Source of the DNA: Cyanophora paradoxa CCMP329
Lineage: Eukaryota; Plantae; Glaucophyta
Assembly (NCBI GenBank): GCA_004431415.1
Contig: QPMI01000071.1
Span: 310,001-374,000 of the forward strand
Direction of reading: 5' to 3'
Length of the DNA: 64,000 nt
In this document: piece by piece, positions 15,001 to 28,137 of the stretch
Position numbering within the stretch: the stretch's first letter is position 1
How the letters are laid out: each line of letters opens with the position of its first letter
Program-made: the position numbers and the translations under genes
The notes under the pieces: model-generated
Database searches by the model: none
Seen by the model: only the letters and a program-made list of their open reading frames with translations
Told to the model about the DNA's origin: nothing

Positions 15001-18000
15001 CGCCGGACGCGCCGGTATTCCGAAGGACGCCGTTCGAAATCGAGCTGCTTCCTCGGTACAAAGATGCGAGCATTCCGACGGTCCCTTGGTGCGCTCGAGA
15101 CTCTTTCAGCATCGCTGAAAACTTTTCATCTTATGATCATCCAGGGCGTTCCTCGGTCCGACCTTCGGAGGCGCGCCTCTCGCCACCGGCGAGATCGTCG
15201 CCCCGAGCGGAGTCGAGCTGCCCGCATCCAAGCTGCTGGTTCGCTCGTTCTTCAACCGCACCGCAACCGGTCGGGTCAACGTCTCCGTTCTCCTGCCCGG
15301 CGTCTCAGAGCCGCTGTTTACCTGCGGCGTATTCCTTTACGGTGAGAGGATATGCATTGTCCTACGAATCATATTTCGACCGGCTGCTGATGCGCTTTCT
15401 AAATTAGACGAGCCGGACGCGCGGACGTCATTCTTAAACTGCTCTGCATCGATTGTGGAGGCGGGCACCGGACCCATCGACTGCTGGCTCCGCCCCCGCC
15501 TGAAGGGCGAATCGATCCACGCGCTCCCGAGCGCCTTCACTTCTTTGCAAGTTTCCGCGCCGGAGCGCGTCGCGATTGCTGCCGGCGGCGAAGCTGTGGA
15601 GTCGCTGGACCTGTCTCTCATCAGCAGCGCGCCGTCCAAGGAATTCGCTTTCCGAGCCGTTCTGCCCGGGACGAGCGGGCCCTGCACCATTTCAGCGCCT
15701 CTGGCCGGGGATAGTGGCGTCAATGCGACGGCTGTGCAGTTTGTCGTCTACGCGTACCTGGACCCTGATGCAGCGAATGTCACCTGCGCGTTTGGGGCGT
15801 TCGCCGCCGTCAACAAGTCGCTCGCGTGCAAAGCGCGTCCGGAGAAGGCGGGCAGCGGCGTCTGGAGCCGGCATGGCTCCCTTCGCGTTGCGGTCAACTT
15901 TGGAAATCCCGCATCTGTCGACGGGAGGCGGCTCCTCGGTGCTGCAACGAGCGTGATCACGTTAGCTCCGGGCGTCAGCAATGCTTTCGACTTCCAGGTA
16001 CACGCTTTTTCAATATAATCTGCTTTGCGTTGCTCTTGTTAGAAGACTTCCACTGACCGTACATCAGCTCATCCCAAGCTTTGCCGGTAATTTTTCGATC
16101 ACCATCACCGTGCCCGCAGCTGGATTTCAGGACACGTCCACAATCACAGCACGTGCGTACACGTGTCGCCGTTCCAAACGATTTTCGTGAAAGCTGTTAT
16201 GCACATCTGATGCAACGTTAACTGTGCGCAGGCATCATCGTCCAAGGTTTGCGCACCGTCTGCTCAGGCGCGAAGACTCCTGCAAACCGCGATCCATCTC
16301 TCGACGCCATTCTGGGATTGCGCGCAAGGGAATCGGAATCGTTGACTCTGTCTGCTGCAATATCCGCGGGATCCGCTCCCATTTTTGTATGGTGCGCGAT
16401 TCCGCTTTTGTGATTCGCTCTATCGTCGCTCCTTTTTCAGCCATTCTTACAGCAGCGCAGGCTGCTAGGAGACGAAAACAGGTCTCCGAGCAGCGGTTCG
16501 AGCTCGCAATATAGATACGTGTACACGCAGCCGGGCACGTACATCGTCATGGGACGCGCATTCAACGAGGTGTCCGGCGAGGAGCGGAACTGCACCATAC
16601 TGGTCGAGCAGGCGGTGTCCGGCTTGCGGCTCGCGACGTGCGGCCAGAGGAGCGCTGTCGCTTACAAGACGCCGTGCAACCTGACGGCGTTCGTGGAGGC
16701 GGGCAGCAATGTTCGGTTCCGCTACCGCATTCTGCGTTCCGAAAGCCAATCGTCGGAGCAGACGTTTGACAGCGCCGTGGCGCCGTGGGAGGCCGCTCTG
16801 CCTGGAAAGTACGCCGTCGCTGTGCGTGCGTACAACTCGCGGTACCAGCTCGACGACCCGGAAACGCCGGAGGCGCTCGTCCTGGTCGACGTCGTGCCGC
16901 CGCGGATCCTGTCCGCTTTCCCCAGCCGGAGCCCGGCGATCGGCGGGGTCGACGTGGACATAGTTGGCGAGTTCTTCAGTAGCGACCGCGGGCTGCAGTG
17001 CTTCTTCGGCATTGCCAACGTTCCCGTCCTAGCGGACGTCTTCTCGTCGACGCGCGCGCGTTGTCGGACGCCGCCGACGGAGCCGACGGAGCCTTTTACC
17101 ATCCCGCTCGTGCTGGGATACGACGGCGTCACTTTTCTCGAAGGGGCGTACAACAACTTCACGATCGAGGGCTGCCCGCCCGGGTACTACGCAATTACCT
17201 ACGACGTGCCGTGCAACCCTTGCAGCCAAGGCTCTTTCTCGGCAGGAGGCCGCGCGCCCCAGTGCAGTACGTCATGATTGTTCACGTGCTGATTTATAGC
17301 TTGCGCTTCTAATTACGGCTCTCTGCGCAGCGCTCTGCCCCGCGGACTTCTATCAGCCGTTCATCGGCAGACCCGACTGCATTGACTGCCCCGCGAACGC
17401 CGGGACCAACAGGGTTGAAGGCGTCGCGATGCTGTCTTACTGCATGTGCAACCCCGGTTTCTACGGTTTCGCCTTCAATGGCCGGCCATGCGACGCGTGC
17501 CCGAGGGTCTGATGCTTCTTCTGCTTTAGGTCCGTTGCAGAGGTTTCGTTGACCCGAATCGCAGGAGGGCTCCCGTTGCAACCGGTACAATATGACCCTC
17601 CCCGAGGCCGCTTCGGGGTACTTCATCTCCTCGGCAAACCCCACAATCGCATACTCCTGCGAACCGTGCAAACCCTAGCACCGCGCTTGCATGCTCCAGT
17701 CGCGCGCCTGACTTCGAGCAGGCCTGAAGCCTGTCCCGGTGGCATCGACAGCTGCACGGAAGGCTACGCGTGCGCCGCTGCTCTCATTGTAAAGAGCGCG
17801 GACCACTCTGATACGATTGTCGCTCGCAGCGGGCCCCGCTGCTCCAGCTGCCTTCGCTCGGATGCCGTGGTCTACTACCGGCTCGGCGCGTTCTGTTACC
17901 GATGCCCCGGTTCGTTTCTACACGCATCCTTGCACAGTTTGCTGCTCAGAGAAGGTCGGCAATGACTGATGCGTGTGAACAGACGGAATCAGCGCCTCTT

Positions 18001-21000
18001 TCGTCATTCTCTGCATCATTCTGTTCTTCGCCCTCTTCGTCATTGGAGTTCTGTTCGCCAGCGTCAGTCAGAGGCGAATCAACGACATCGGACAGCTCGT
18101 CCGCGTCTCGATCAACATGGTTCAGGTCCTGACGGGTGCGCTTTCAGCATAGGCCGCCTCTACTTTATTGTTCGCGTTAGCTGTTATATGATTTTTTTGC
18201 AGTGTTTTCGCGAATGCGCCTCAAGTGGCCGCCTATCTTCATGGTAAGATATTTCATGAATCTGCGACACCGTTTCTGCTCATGACAACCTCTTCAACAG
18301 ACCATCATCAATGCGCTCTCGGTCTTTAATCTGAACATTGAGTGGCTTCGCCCGGAGTGCTCAGGTGCGCTCTAGAAGCTCGCGGTCTCACGCGCAGGCG
18401 CTGACGCTCTGCATTCGATTCGGGCAGTGCGAGGAAACTCGTTCCTCATCAAATGGCTCGTGACTCTCACTCTTCCCCTCGCGCTCACGCTGTTCGGGAT
18501 CTTCGTGTGGGTCCTGGCCGTGGCGTGGTCGCCGCTTGGGAGGAAGTTCCAAATGTTCCTGAAAAGGCAGCAGGCGGCCAGTGAGCGCCGCACGCTGCAG
18601 ACGGACAACGACGACCGCATGTCGACGAGCGGGTACAGCGATCGTTCCTCGCGCCTCGATCGCTCGTCCATCGCCGACGACTCGGAATCCGCCGACGGCG
18701 ACCGGCTTGCTGATCACATGGACGTCGACGCGTACGGTGCTCCAGCCGAAACGCAGGAGACCAAAAAGCATCGCTCGGCTAGCACCGTTGTCCTGCTTTG
18801 GTGGGAGGTGAAGCACGCTTTAGCACCTTCGACCATCAAGCGAGGCGGCCAACGGGCTTGGACGTCGATGGCGCGCGCCGGGCGGAGCTTCCTCGCCCAG
18901 CTGCAGCGGCTCGCGCTCTGGCTCTTCACGTACAGCCTCCACAAGGAGAGCACGGACGCTCTGGCGCCGGAGGCGCTGGCGAAGACGCGCCGGATGCGCA
19001 AGCGGCTCCGGCTGCAGCGCATGTACGAGGAGGTCGACCTGGAGGAGGACGACGAGCGGAAGCGGCGCAACCGAACGGCGAAGGAGCTCGCCATTCTCTA
19101 CGTGCACGCGCTGCTCCTCGGCGCGTCGATGGCGTACGTGCTGCTCGGGCAGTACGCGCTCAGCACCTTCGCCTGCATCCCGTGCGACCTTCCATCTTGA
19201 CACATCTAAGCATTGCGATCCAATCTAACTTTATTTCGCAGCAACACGGACGGGCGCTTCTACCTGGCGAGCGAGCCATCCATCGAATGCGACAAGGACG
19301 GGACGTGGGGCAAGATGCTCGGGGCCGGAATCGTTGGAGTGCTCCTCTACACGATTGGCATCCCAGTCGTTCTCCTCTCGCTCGCTTTCTACGGATTGAA
19401 AACGAACAAGGTGAATTAAAAGCAAAAGTTCGCTGCATTTTCCATTTACACGGCCCCCAGGTACGAGACCAGCAGTTCAAGGACGTCTGCGGCTTCCTCG
19501 TGCTGCAGTACCGCCCAAAGTATCCTTGGTGAGCTCTCTGTTTCGAAAGACTGCAGCCTAGTATGGCGTCGCTGACCGAATGCTTTGCAGGTGGGAGGTG
19601 GTCATTCTAATGCGGTGAGAAGATTTGCGATTCTATTTTCTATCAATGTGCTGATGTGTGTGCATCCGCGTGCAGCAAGCTCGCCATCATCATTAACAAC
19701 CTGTTCCTCGTCAACCGGCCTGTTCTTCAGGTGAGCCGCCTCGCAGTCCTGGCGTCGATTTTGAGGCGTTCGATTCTGACGAGCCGCGCAGTCCATCATC
19801 GCATTCGTGATCCTGTTCGCTGCGACGCTGGTCCAAATCAGCGTAAAGCCCTACACCATCCCGCGTATCAACCGTCTTGAGAGCCTCTCTCTGATGTGCA
19901 CGATGGTCAGCAGCTTTGCGAGCTTTGGTTTGAGGTTAGCTTTTAGTTGTTGTTGTCGACGCTTCCACGCAGTTCGTGCTGTTCGGCGGGCTGGTTTTCC
20001 TGAATGCCGACGTGACGGATGAGGTTATTATTGTTGTTCAGGTGCGCGCGCCGAGCCGTATTGGCAAAACCATTCGTAAACGCTCGACATCTGCAGATTC
20101 TACTGCTGGCGTTGCTTGCCGTCTTCGGCTTGATGGTCAGTGGCTTTCCGATTCTCCTTCTTTGCGGTCTGTGTGTCTTGATGCCACGGCTTGCGTGCAG
20201 ATTGTTTACATCACGCTGAACACCCTCCGGTACGGCCGGGCGCGGAAGGCACGGCGCAAGCTCCAGATGCGGGTGCGCCCAGCTGCTCTTGATCTCGACC
20301 TGTCACCAAGTGATACCCGTGGCCGCGTTACAGATTGGGGACTTCCAGCTCGACTCGAAGACGATCGAGAAGATCGACGACTGGTTCGACGGCCTGCAGC
20401 GCCGCGTCCGTAAGGGACACGCTGGCGCCGAGCGGCAGCGGAACCTGCTCTACATGTACTGCGCCCGCACGGCCCGCAAGGCCCGCATCTACATCGCCAA
20501 GTGAGCATCCATCTCTTCGGTTTGGCTTGCTTTGCGGGCCTGACGTGTGTGGCAGGGGCAAGGCTGAGTCGGGCTACTTGTTCAACGACGACGTCAGCTT
20601 CGTCGCCCACCGGATCCTTATGGTCAGGCCTAGGCCTCGTGCACGCGTCCCGTGCACGTCAATGTGCTCACCGCGCTTTGTTTGATGCAGGAGCGTGGCC
20701 GGCTCTACGTGCCGCCTTCCGATGAGTGTGCTGTAACACGGGAGGTGGACGTTCGCAAGATAAAGGCCCTGCTCGACAACATGCGAGAGTTCATGCGGCT
20801 TCAGGTCCGACATTTTAGCTTTAGTAATGCGTAACCCTTAGCATCTGTATTGACGGTCTTGCAGCACGCGGTGACGAGGCAGCTGGGCGGGGCCGCGTAC
20901 AGCGCCGGCCACCGCGTCAAGAAGGCCCCCAAGCTGCGCTGGATCGCGAGCGGATACCTGCCGACGCCGTCGCAGCTGGTCACCAGCGCCCACGCGCGGC

Positions 21001-23825
21001 AGGACTCGTACGGCTCCGGCCTTCAGCTGCCGCCGCTGATCGCGACGCTCCTCTCGCCGTTCTACCGTCTGAAGAAGTGGATGGTGCGCGAAATGCGGGA
21101 AAATTTCGTTATATTCCGGTGCGATCCGCGCCGCGCAGGGCGCTCGGGTGACGCAGCGCGTGTGGGACGACCCGCTCGAAGACCGCGTGGCGGAGGCCGT
21201 CGACGACCCGCTCCTCGACGACCTCCGCGAGGCCCGCCCGCTCCGGAGGCCGCGCGCCGCTCGCTGAGCTGAGGCTTTGGGCAGGTCGCGCTGGAGCTGA
21301 GGGAGCTGGAGGAGGACCGCCTCCTCGGCATCGACGGCCTCGAGGAGATCCTGAAGGTGAAAAGTCTTAGCTGCCCTTCCGCTGAAAGCGTTGAAGTAAA
21401 GATGCCGAGCAGGCGGACGTCGACACGTCCGGCGCCGTCGACGTCGAAGTCGAGTATGGCGCCGTGGACGACTTTGCGGAGCTGGCGACGACCAACGCTG
21501 GCAGCGCGGCCGTCACCGTCCTCGGCCGCCTCGCCGGCCTTCTCGACGAGCTCGCCGAATTCCCCGAGGATATGTGCGCGAATTCACAGCGTCTTATGCG
21601 TGTTCTTTTGAACGGCCTGACGGTCGTGGCAGATTCGCGGTGCACCCGGCGCTCGTGCACATGATCGTGCGGAGCCTCCGCGTCTTGCAGAAGCCCCTGT
21701 CGGTCGCGGCCGAGCGCCTGGAGAAGTCGGCCAAAGCGAAGAGCGAGGCCATCAAGTCCGGCAAGAACACTTCCATCGTCAGCATCCAGCGCGCCAACAG
21801 TGAAGCCAAAGTGCGTTTCGTCGTCAGTCGTAGATTTCATCGTATACAGCGACATGGAAACTGACGCGACTTCCTTCAACGCCGACAGACGGCGAAGCGG
21901 GCGAAGCGCGTCCTGCAGAAGCTGAAGCGGCGGGCCGCGAACCTGAAGCGCTTCGACGCGGCGGAGGCGTCCGACTCGGACGACAGCGCCTTCGACGCCG
22001 ATGACGTGCGGGAAGAGGCCGTCTTCGCGATCGACGATCCCGACCTCGAAGGCCCGTTCGAACCCGCCGGCGCCGGCAACTCTCTTGAGCTGTCTTCTCA
22101 TGCACAAAAGCAGTTCTGGAGCCGGCGACCGCCCCGCCTCGACAGGCGGTTGGATCGGGCAGGGCCTCAAAGAAAGAGGACGAGGACGACGAGCTTGATT
22201 CCAAGTCGCGCGCGTCGAGCTCGAAGGCGGACGGCGGCGACACCCCGGCCCCTGTCGCGAGTGCGCATTTGTTGCCTCTTACTGTAGTTTATTCACTTGT
22301 CGGCCAATGTTTTCATGGCGCAGCGTGCGGGCAAACGTATGCGACCTTCATCAAACACGCGCGGAAGCGGGAAAAGGCGCTTCGGGAGAGCCGTGTCGTG
22401 CGGACTTCGCGGGCGGACTCGCGCGGCGACGGCAGCGAAGCGTGGGCGGCATCGCGCAACGACGAGACGATCCGGCTGCCCTTCGTGTACGAGAAGGACT
22501 ACATCGAGCTGACGGATGACGCTCCGCGCGAGGGCGACGAGGCGGCGCGGATCGAGCTGCGGAACTGCACCAACGAGCTCAAGCTGCTCTCGAGGTGCAG
22601 GGCTTTGAGGCGTCTTCGGTACCCGCGGCGGTCTTTCCTCAGCTCGGCGGCGCAGGTCGATCTTGCCGGAGGGAGGCACTGTGCCGGACGCGATGCTGCC
22701 GACAGATGCGGCCCGCCTGTCCGATGCGCTTAAGCTCTTCCGCGGCATACCGGTGGTCGTGCGTGTCCCCGAGCTCGAGCATACTGTGGCGATCGACGGC
22801 TGTGGCCATGGCTGACGGCGCCGCGCGCTTCGCAGACCCTGCAGCAGAACAAGCGCACGGCGTGCGAGGCGGCGCGGGCGCTCGCGCTGCTGTGCCACGG
22901 GCTCGCCGCGTACGACCAGGAGAAGGACGGGTGCGTCCCGCCCCTGCGCGAGTGGTCAATGCATAAACGCATTCGTTTGCTCACTCGCCGCGTGTAATCG
23001 CAGCGGCGTCGCTCTGAACCTGTACCGCCAAACGGTTCCGATCTACGAGGAAGTCTGCAAGTGCGCCTCTTTCAAAAAATGTTTAACGATGTTTCATTCT
23101 TTTTCTAATCTATTTGCCGCAGCTACGAGCTGGGCCCGCTGATGGATCTCCTGGCCATCTCCGAGCGCGAGGGGCGCCGCAAGCTCGTCGCGTCCATTCT
23201 CAGCACCCTGACGGTGCGATGTCGATGCTCAAATTACATCTAAAAACCTTTCCTGCGAAATCTGAAGCTTCTCCTGCGAACAGAACATCGTCGCTGTGAG
23301 CCCGAGCGAGCGCGCGCGGTCGCGCCACCTGCACGCCGTCCTGCCCCGGCTCCTCGGCGTCATCGCCAGCATCCCGCCCGCCAAGTGCGCCCCCCTGTGT
23401 TCTATCGCCCTTCTACGTCTCCAGCGTCTCCTCACGCGAGCCTGCCAGCTTCGCGGCGGAGCGGGCGTCGACGCGGGCCATGCGGGCCAAGCTCGAGCTG
23501 CTCGCCTCCATCATCGACAACGAGGTGCCCTCCCTTCGCCTTCCGACTTCGAGAGGCGCCCCGCCGGCCCTGACCGGCCCGGCCCGCCCCGCCCCGCAGG
23601 TCGCCCCCTGGATGTCCGCCGCCCGCGGGGCGCGCAAGGGGCCCCGCTGGGCCCGCCCCCGCCGCTGGCTCAGGTGCGAGCTCCTCTCAGTTCTTCGATT
23701 CGATTTCGGGTCGGGCTCTAAGGCCCGCGGGGGGGTGCAGGGAGCTGCGGGACGCGCTGGAGGACGCCATTTGGGACATGGCGCGCCTCGAGCTCGTCGG
23801 CATCTGCCTCGACCGGCCGCTTTAG
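1..23825 (+). CDS. Giant multi-exon cell-surface receptor-like protein, 5' end outside the window: tandem FN3/Ig-like repeats, PKD-like and IPT/TIG domains, GCC2/ephrin-like Cys-rich repeats, multi-pass TM domain, long alpha-helical cytoplasmic tail
   Basis: The frame is open from the window edge (ttc ggt atg). FN3-type motifs recur (YVDTSVVPGRQYAYTARY, WTSTGLQPGTLYIF, GLEAGTQYFYK). The first introns are 7911-7973 and 8082-8134 (gtaaga..ttgcag, gtgagt..ctcag), and splicing restores the frame (LWNPYIFNVTAVGLLD). PKD/TIG motifs lie at 16520-17170 (YTQPGTYIV; PRILSAFPSRSPAIGGVDVDIVG). Cys-rich repeats lie at 17170-17910 (CPPGYY..CNPCSQGSFS; CPRGLL/DFYQ..CIDCP). Hydrophobic TM exons span 17990-20230 (WLRPEC, YLASEPSIECD, FLVLQYRPKYPWWEVV, VKPYTIPRINRLE). 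Spliced exons continue to ..LVGICLDRPL and TAG at 23823-23825. Not every exon boundary was resolved. Confidence 0.85.
26..6420 (+). repeat. Three copies of an FN3-module block: 26-~700, 4394-~5068 (offset 4368), and a partial copy at 6038-~6420 (offset 6012)
   Basis: ETLYVYTADYETQGQRSALSDP / ETLYIYTADYATQGQQSALSDA / EMLYFYTADYATQGQRSALSDP. Copies 1 and 2 are near-identical in DNA over the PAKPQI..LELWTAL segment. Confidence 0.9.
3330..5868 (+). repeat. Recent intragenic direct duplication: ~880-bp block at ~3330-4212 repeated at ~4986-5868 (offset 1656, in frame)
   Basis: Long runs are nucleotide-identical, e.g. gccaccgtctacgcctgccagggacgcttgaactcgtccgcggggtcctcggcc in both copies. Spurious antisense ORFs also recur at +1656 (3484/5140, 3853/5509). 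Confidence 0.95.
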
Positions 23826-25429
23826 ACTTCTTTCTAGCTGTGTAGGTGCCGCAGTGCATAGCTTCTTGTTCTTCTGCGTATTTCTAGTACTAGTGAACTA
23901 GTACTAGTCACTGAGTGTGCTAGCAATAGTTTGTAGAGCTTTGAAGCCGCGGCTCGCCGCTGGTACCCGGTGGCCTTCCGTGGCCGCGACTGAACGACAG
24001 TTTTTCATCAATCGCCCTTACAAATGATCACTTTCATTCATCCACGGATGACAAAAAGCGTTAGATACTTTCAGCAGATAGATAATAGATATACGAGCAG
24101 ATTTCGCGCGAACCGGCCCGACCGCTTCCTTTCTATACAATGCGCTCTGAGGTTTCCATCATTTAGAGCAGTCACTGAGTTAGCGGTATCCGTCGTTAGT
24201 ACTTCGAATCTTCTAGTTATAATTAGTAGTCAGCAGCTGTAGTTGGAAGGAGCTCCCTCAACTTTGCAGGAATCAGGAACACATCAAGTTCGCTCTGCAT
24301 CATTCAATGATTACAAATGCTTATATATCGGGGGATTATTTAATTACTCAGCCTTTGCATCGTTGATTCGTTCCAAGCGGCTCTTCTAGTTCTCATGAGG
24401 CTATCTATAGCTAGCTACATATGCATGGCCGGGAGCATGCATATCCATATCGATATCCGGACCGGAGCTCGACTTGACGAGCCTCGGGGCTTGCAATTGA
24501 TCATGATCGATATAAATGATCATGCATGAGGGCCTGGAGCCACCCAAGGCCAGCGCCAGCTTCCGGATCCGTACGCGTTCTTATAAATTGAGCTTGCATG
24601 CGCAAAGCTTTTTGATTAAGGCCCTCATCATGAGTCATGCATCCGGATCATTGTCATCGGATCGCCGAGTCGCGAACACGCAGGCATGATCATGATCATC
24701 GGATCATCGGATCATGAGCGCCAACGCAGGCACCAGATCGATATCGATAATAAGGCGGGCCACACGTGACGGGGCGCGCTCTAGATCTGGCTCTAGCTGG
24801 TCGACGTCCGCCAATCTGACGCGAACGGTCCGACGGTCAACACCATTAGGACGGTACATGCACCGGGCTCAATCTCTTACCGTAGTACATTAGTACATGC
24901 AAGCATTTAATCTCTTGCATTAGCACACAACACTGTGACACAACTAGATACTATAGCTACTAGATCTCTCATACTAGTCACTGAGTCTCCAATGTATCTA
25001 TCCGAGTAAATACTACTAGGCTACCGAGGGCCGTGGCGCCCCGCGAGCACGGCCCTGGCGGCGGCCTGCATTTCGGGGTCGATTAGATCCACGTGCACCG
25101 AGACGCCGGGCCGGAGACCCCTCAGAATCTGGCGCGAGGCCCAGGTCAGAAAAGGCGGACGGAGAACTAGAGGGGGAGAGGGGGCAGGGGAGGGGCAGGG
25201 GAGGGGGGGAAGGGGGGCGGGCGGGAGACGGGGGGGACCTAGGCCTAGCTAGGCCTAGGCCTTGGTTAAGGACCAGGTCAAGAAAAGCGGACGCGGCCAC
25301 GGGTACCCGGTGGGAGAGCTAGAAGCGGAGGGCCCAGGCCCATGCCTAGGCCTGGGTTTAGAGCCTATCGCAGGCGGGGACTCGTGTACCCCGAACAGGC
25401 GGAGCGAGGCATTAGAAGCCGCGGCCGGC

Positions 25430-27643
25430 TCAAGGCCTATCGGAAGCGGGGCGCGCGCGCGGGCAGTGCACCTCAAAGGGGCGGAGCGAGGCCGGGAGCT
25501 CGAGGGCGCCACGGGCCGCCGAGCTGAGGCGGAGGCGCTCCAACGCCGGCAGCGCCAGGATGGCCTCGGCCTCCCCCTCCGTTAGCCCCCGGTCGAGGTG
25601 CAGCTCCAGGTCTGTGAGAGCGCGCCGCGCGCCGTCGCTGGCGAGCACGGCGAGGACGCCCTCCGGGTCGCCACTGTAGTCTGCGCATGCAAATCGCGTA
25701 TCGGAGCCACTGAGCACTCAAACTCAGAACAAATGCACCACTTGTCTAAACAATTATATTCTGAAGCCAGCTTGGCTTAGAAGACGCAGCTTATTACTCT
25801 AGAACATGATCTCAAGCTTATTACTATTACTCTATTATTATTATTATTATTAAACATGAACTTATTATTACTCTATTACGCAGCTTATTACTCTTAGCTT
25901 AGAAGATCTCAAGACATGATCCTTCTCTAGAACTAGTACTAGTACAAGAACTCCAGGGGACTCACCGGCCAGGTTCAGCCCGAGGCGTTTCAGGAGCGGG
26001 AGGCCCGAGAGCACGCTGGGAAGGGTCCGCAGCAGCTCGGCGCCGAGGGACCGGCCGGGCCCATCGGCCGCGGTCGAGAGGGCCAGGTGCAGCTCGCGCA
26101 GGCCCCTTGCGCGGCCCAGGGCCCGGAGGGACGCGGGGGATTCGAGATGGCCGTGAGCGTCGAACTGCGGGCGCAGTTAGATTCGAGTTAGCGCGTGCAG
26201 CACTCGGCGAGCGATTGCACCAGCGCACCTCGAGCGATTGGATGGACTGGAGCTTTGGCATGCGGGCCAGAGCGGCGACGGCCGGTTCCGGGAGCGGGGC
26301 GGGCCAGGGACTGCTGTCTGCGGACGGCCCGCTGAAGGCTTTCGGATCCCCGTGGCCGCTGCGTCGGTTTCGAGAAAATGAAATCAGCGGAGCGGACGCA
26401 TACATCTTGTGCACTGCAGCTGGCACGTGCACCCGCACCCGAGGACTGTGTGCTTTTTGACGAACTCGAGCTTCCTCAGACTCTGCCCCGCCGGGCCGTT
26501 GGCGAGCGCGACGAAGCCGTTGGCAGCGGCGTCGAACGACCACTGGAAAGGCAGCCACGAGACGACCAGCTCCTCGAGGCGCGCCAGCGGCGCGAGTGCC
26601 GCCAGAACTCCGCCGGCCGAGTTGCGGAAGGGACGGAGGCAGACCGAGCGGAGGAGGGGGCAGGCGGCGGCGATGGCCTCCGCCGCATCCGGCGTCGCGC
26701 CGGCGTCGAGCTCGTTGAAGAAAAGGGACAGAGAGCGGAGCTTGGCGAATGGCGCGAGGGCGGCCCGCAGCTTGTCGACCTCAGGCCACGGCAGCTGCTC
26801 AAGCTCGAGCTCGTCGTAGTCGTAGTCGTCACTGCCGCCGCCGTCGGCGCCCTCTTCATCGCCGTCGTCGTACCCCGGATCCCGCCCGCGGCTGTCGCTG
26901 AGGCCGATGCTGAGATTCTCTAAACTGCTGCTGCTGCCGCTGCTGATGGCTGCTCCCTCCGCGGCGGGCGGCCGCAGCGCCCCCAGCACTCCGAGGACGT
27001 AGTCGCGAACGAAGCTTTCGCCGGCGCTGCCGACGCCGATATCTTCGTACCGGTACCTGCTGAGGATGTTGACGGCAACCGCCCGCGGCGCCGGGCCAGC
27101 GCGGACGGCCGCGGCGAGGACGCCGCACGCCGCCCTCGCCGCGAGCGCGTGCCTCTCCTCGAGCTCGGCCAACTCTGCCCGCTGGCTCTCCTCGAGCACC
27201 GGCGCAAGGGCGATGCTAGCGCCGACGCCGAGCCGCAGCTTTCGCTGGTCAAAGAGCGCCGCCAACGCCTCCATCGAGCCCGCGGCCGTCGTCCCGCGGC
27301 CGCCCGCGATCCGCAGCTCGGCGATGGCCCACTCCGTCTCCTCAACAACGCGACGCCACCGCCTGCAATTCGCCGCATATGCATGCTCAGCTACGAGGAG
27401 ATCTAGAAGCGAGCGGCCCGCGGTGCATGTGGGGCCCGGGGGCGCCGGCGATGCGGACCTGCAGACGCCGCGCAGGGGCCAGCTCTCGCACAGCCCGAGC
27501 GCCTTGAAGACGTCACACAGCACTGCATCCGGCAGCGCATCGAACGGCACAGCGGCCGCGGCCGCAGCTCGCGCGGCTTCCGCCGAATCTTCGATGCGGG
27601 CCGGCTTCTCCAAGCGCGCCCTCTTTGACTTGCGACCGGACAT
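25430..27643 (-). CDS. F-box-like / leucine-rich-repeat (RNI-like) protein; 3' end not resolved
   Basis: ATG at 27643. F-box-like motif PFDALPDAVLCDVFKALGLCESWPLRGVCR|RWRRVV across an intron. LRR-like segments LAPFAKLRSLSLFF, ACPLLRSVCL, LARLEELVV, ALARMPKLQSIQSLE, LALPALERLRL. Further 3' exons below 25430 are possible. Confidence 0.75.
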
Positions 27644-28137
27644 CGCTGTGCGCTCCCCGCGGAACTGCGGCCATCGAGCTCGCAGTCAGGGGGGGCGCGT
27701 CGCTCGAGCTGCAGGACGGGCGAAGGCGCACGGTGCTTGTGTGTCTCCAAGTCAGCCTGAGCGCGATCCCGGGCTCGAGCGCGCGCTGCTGTAGCTGAGC
27801 TTGAGCCTGCGCTGGAGAAAGCCGTACCCGTCTTCCAGAGGAAAACAATGCAGCCCGCCGTCGCTCCCGCCGCCTCCAGCACGACCAGCGACGTTATCTG
27901 CACCCTCGCTTGCTGCCTGACCACCGCCGGTGAGCGCGCGCGAAGATCCCGGCGCCGCATCGCACACGCTGACGGTGCCGCGCCGCGTCCCTCGCAGACG
28001 AGTAGCTCTGGCCAAAGTCTTCCTGCCCATGGCGGCCTTCTGAGCCGCGGGCCGCTCCGCCTGCCAGCCGCCCGCTTTCCACTCATCCCTCCAGATCTCC
28101 GCTCCCTCGCCTCCCGCCCGCCACCTAGCACGCCGCC
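27644..28137. promoter_or_regulatory. Compact (~490 bp) divergent promoter region between the F-box/LRR gene and the IBTK-like gene
   Basis: Head-to-head ATGs at 27643 (-) and 28138 (+). No specific element was identified. Confidence 0.5.
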
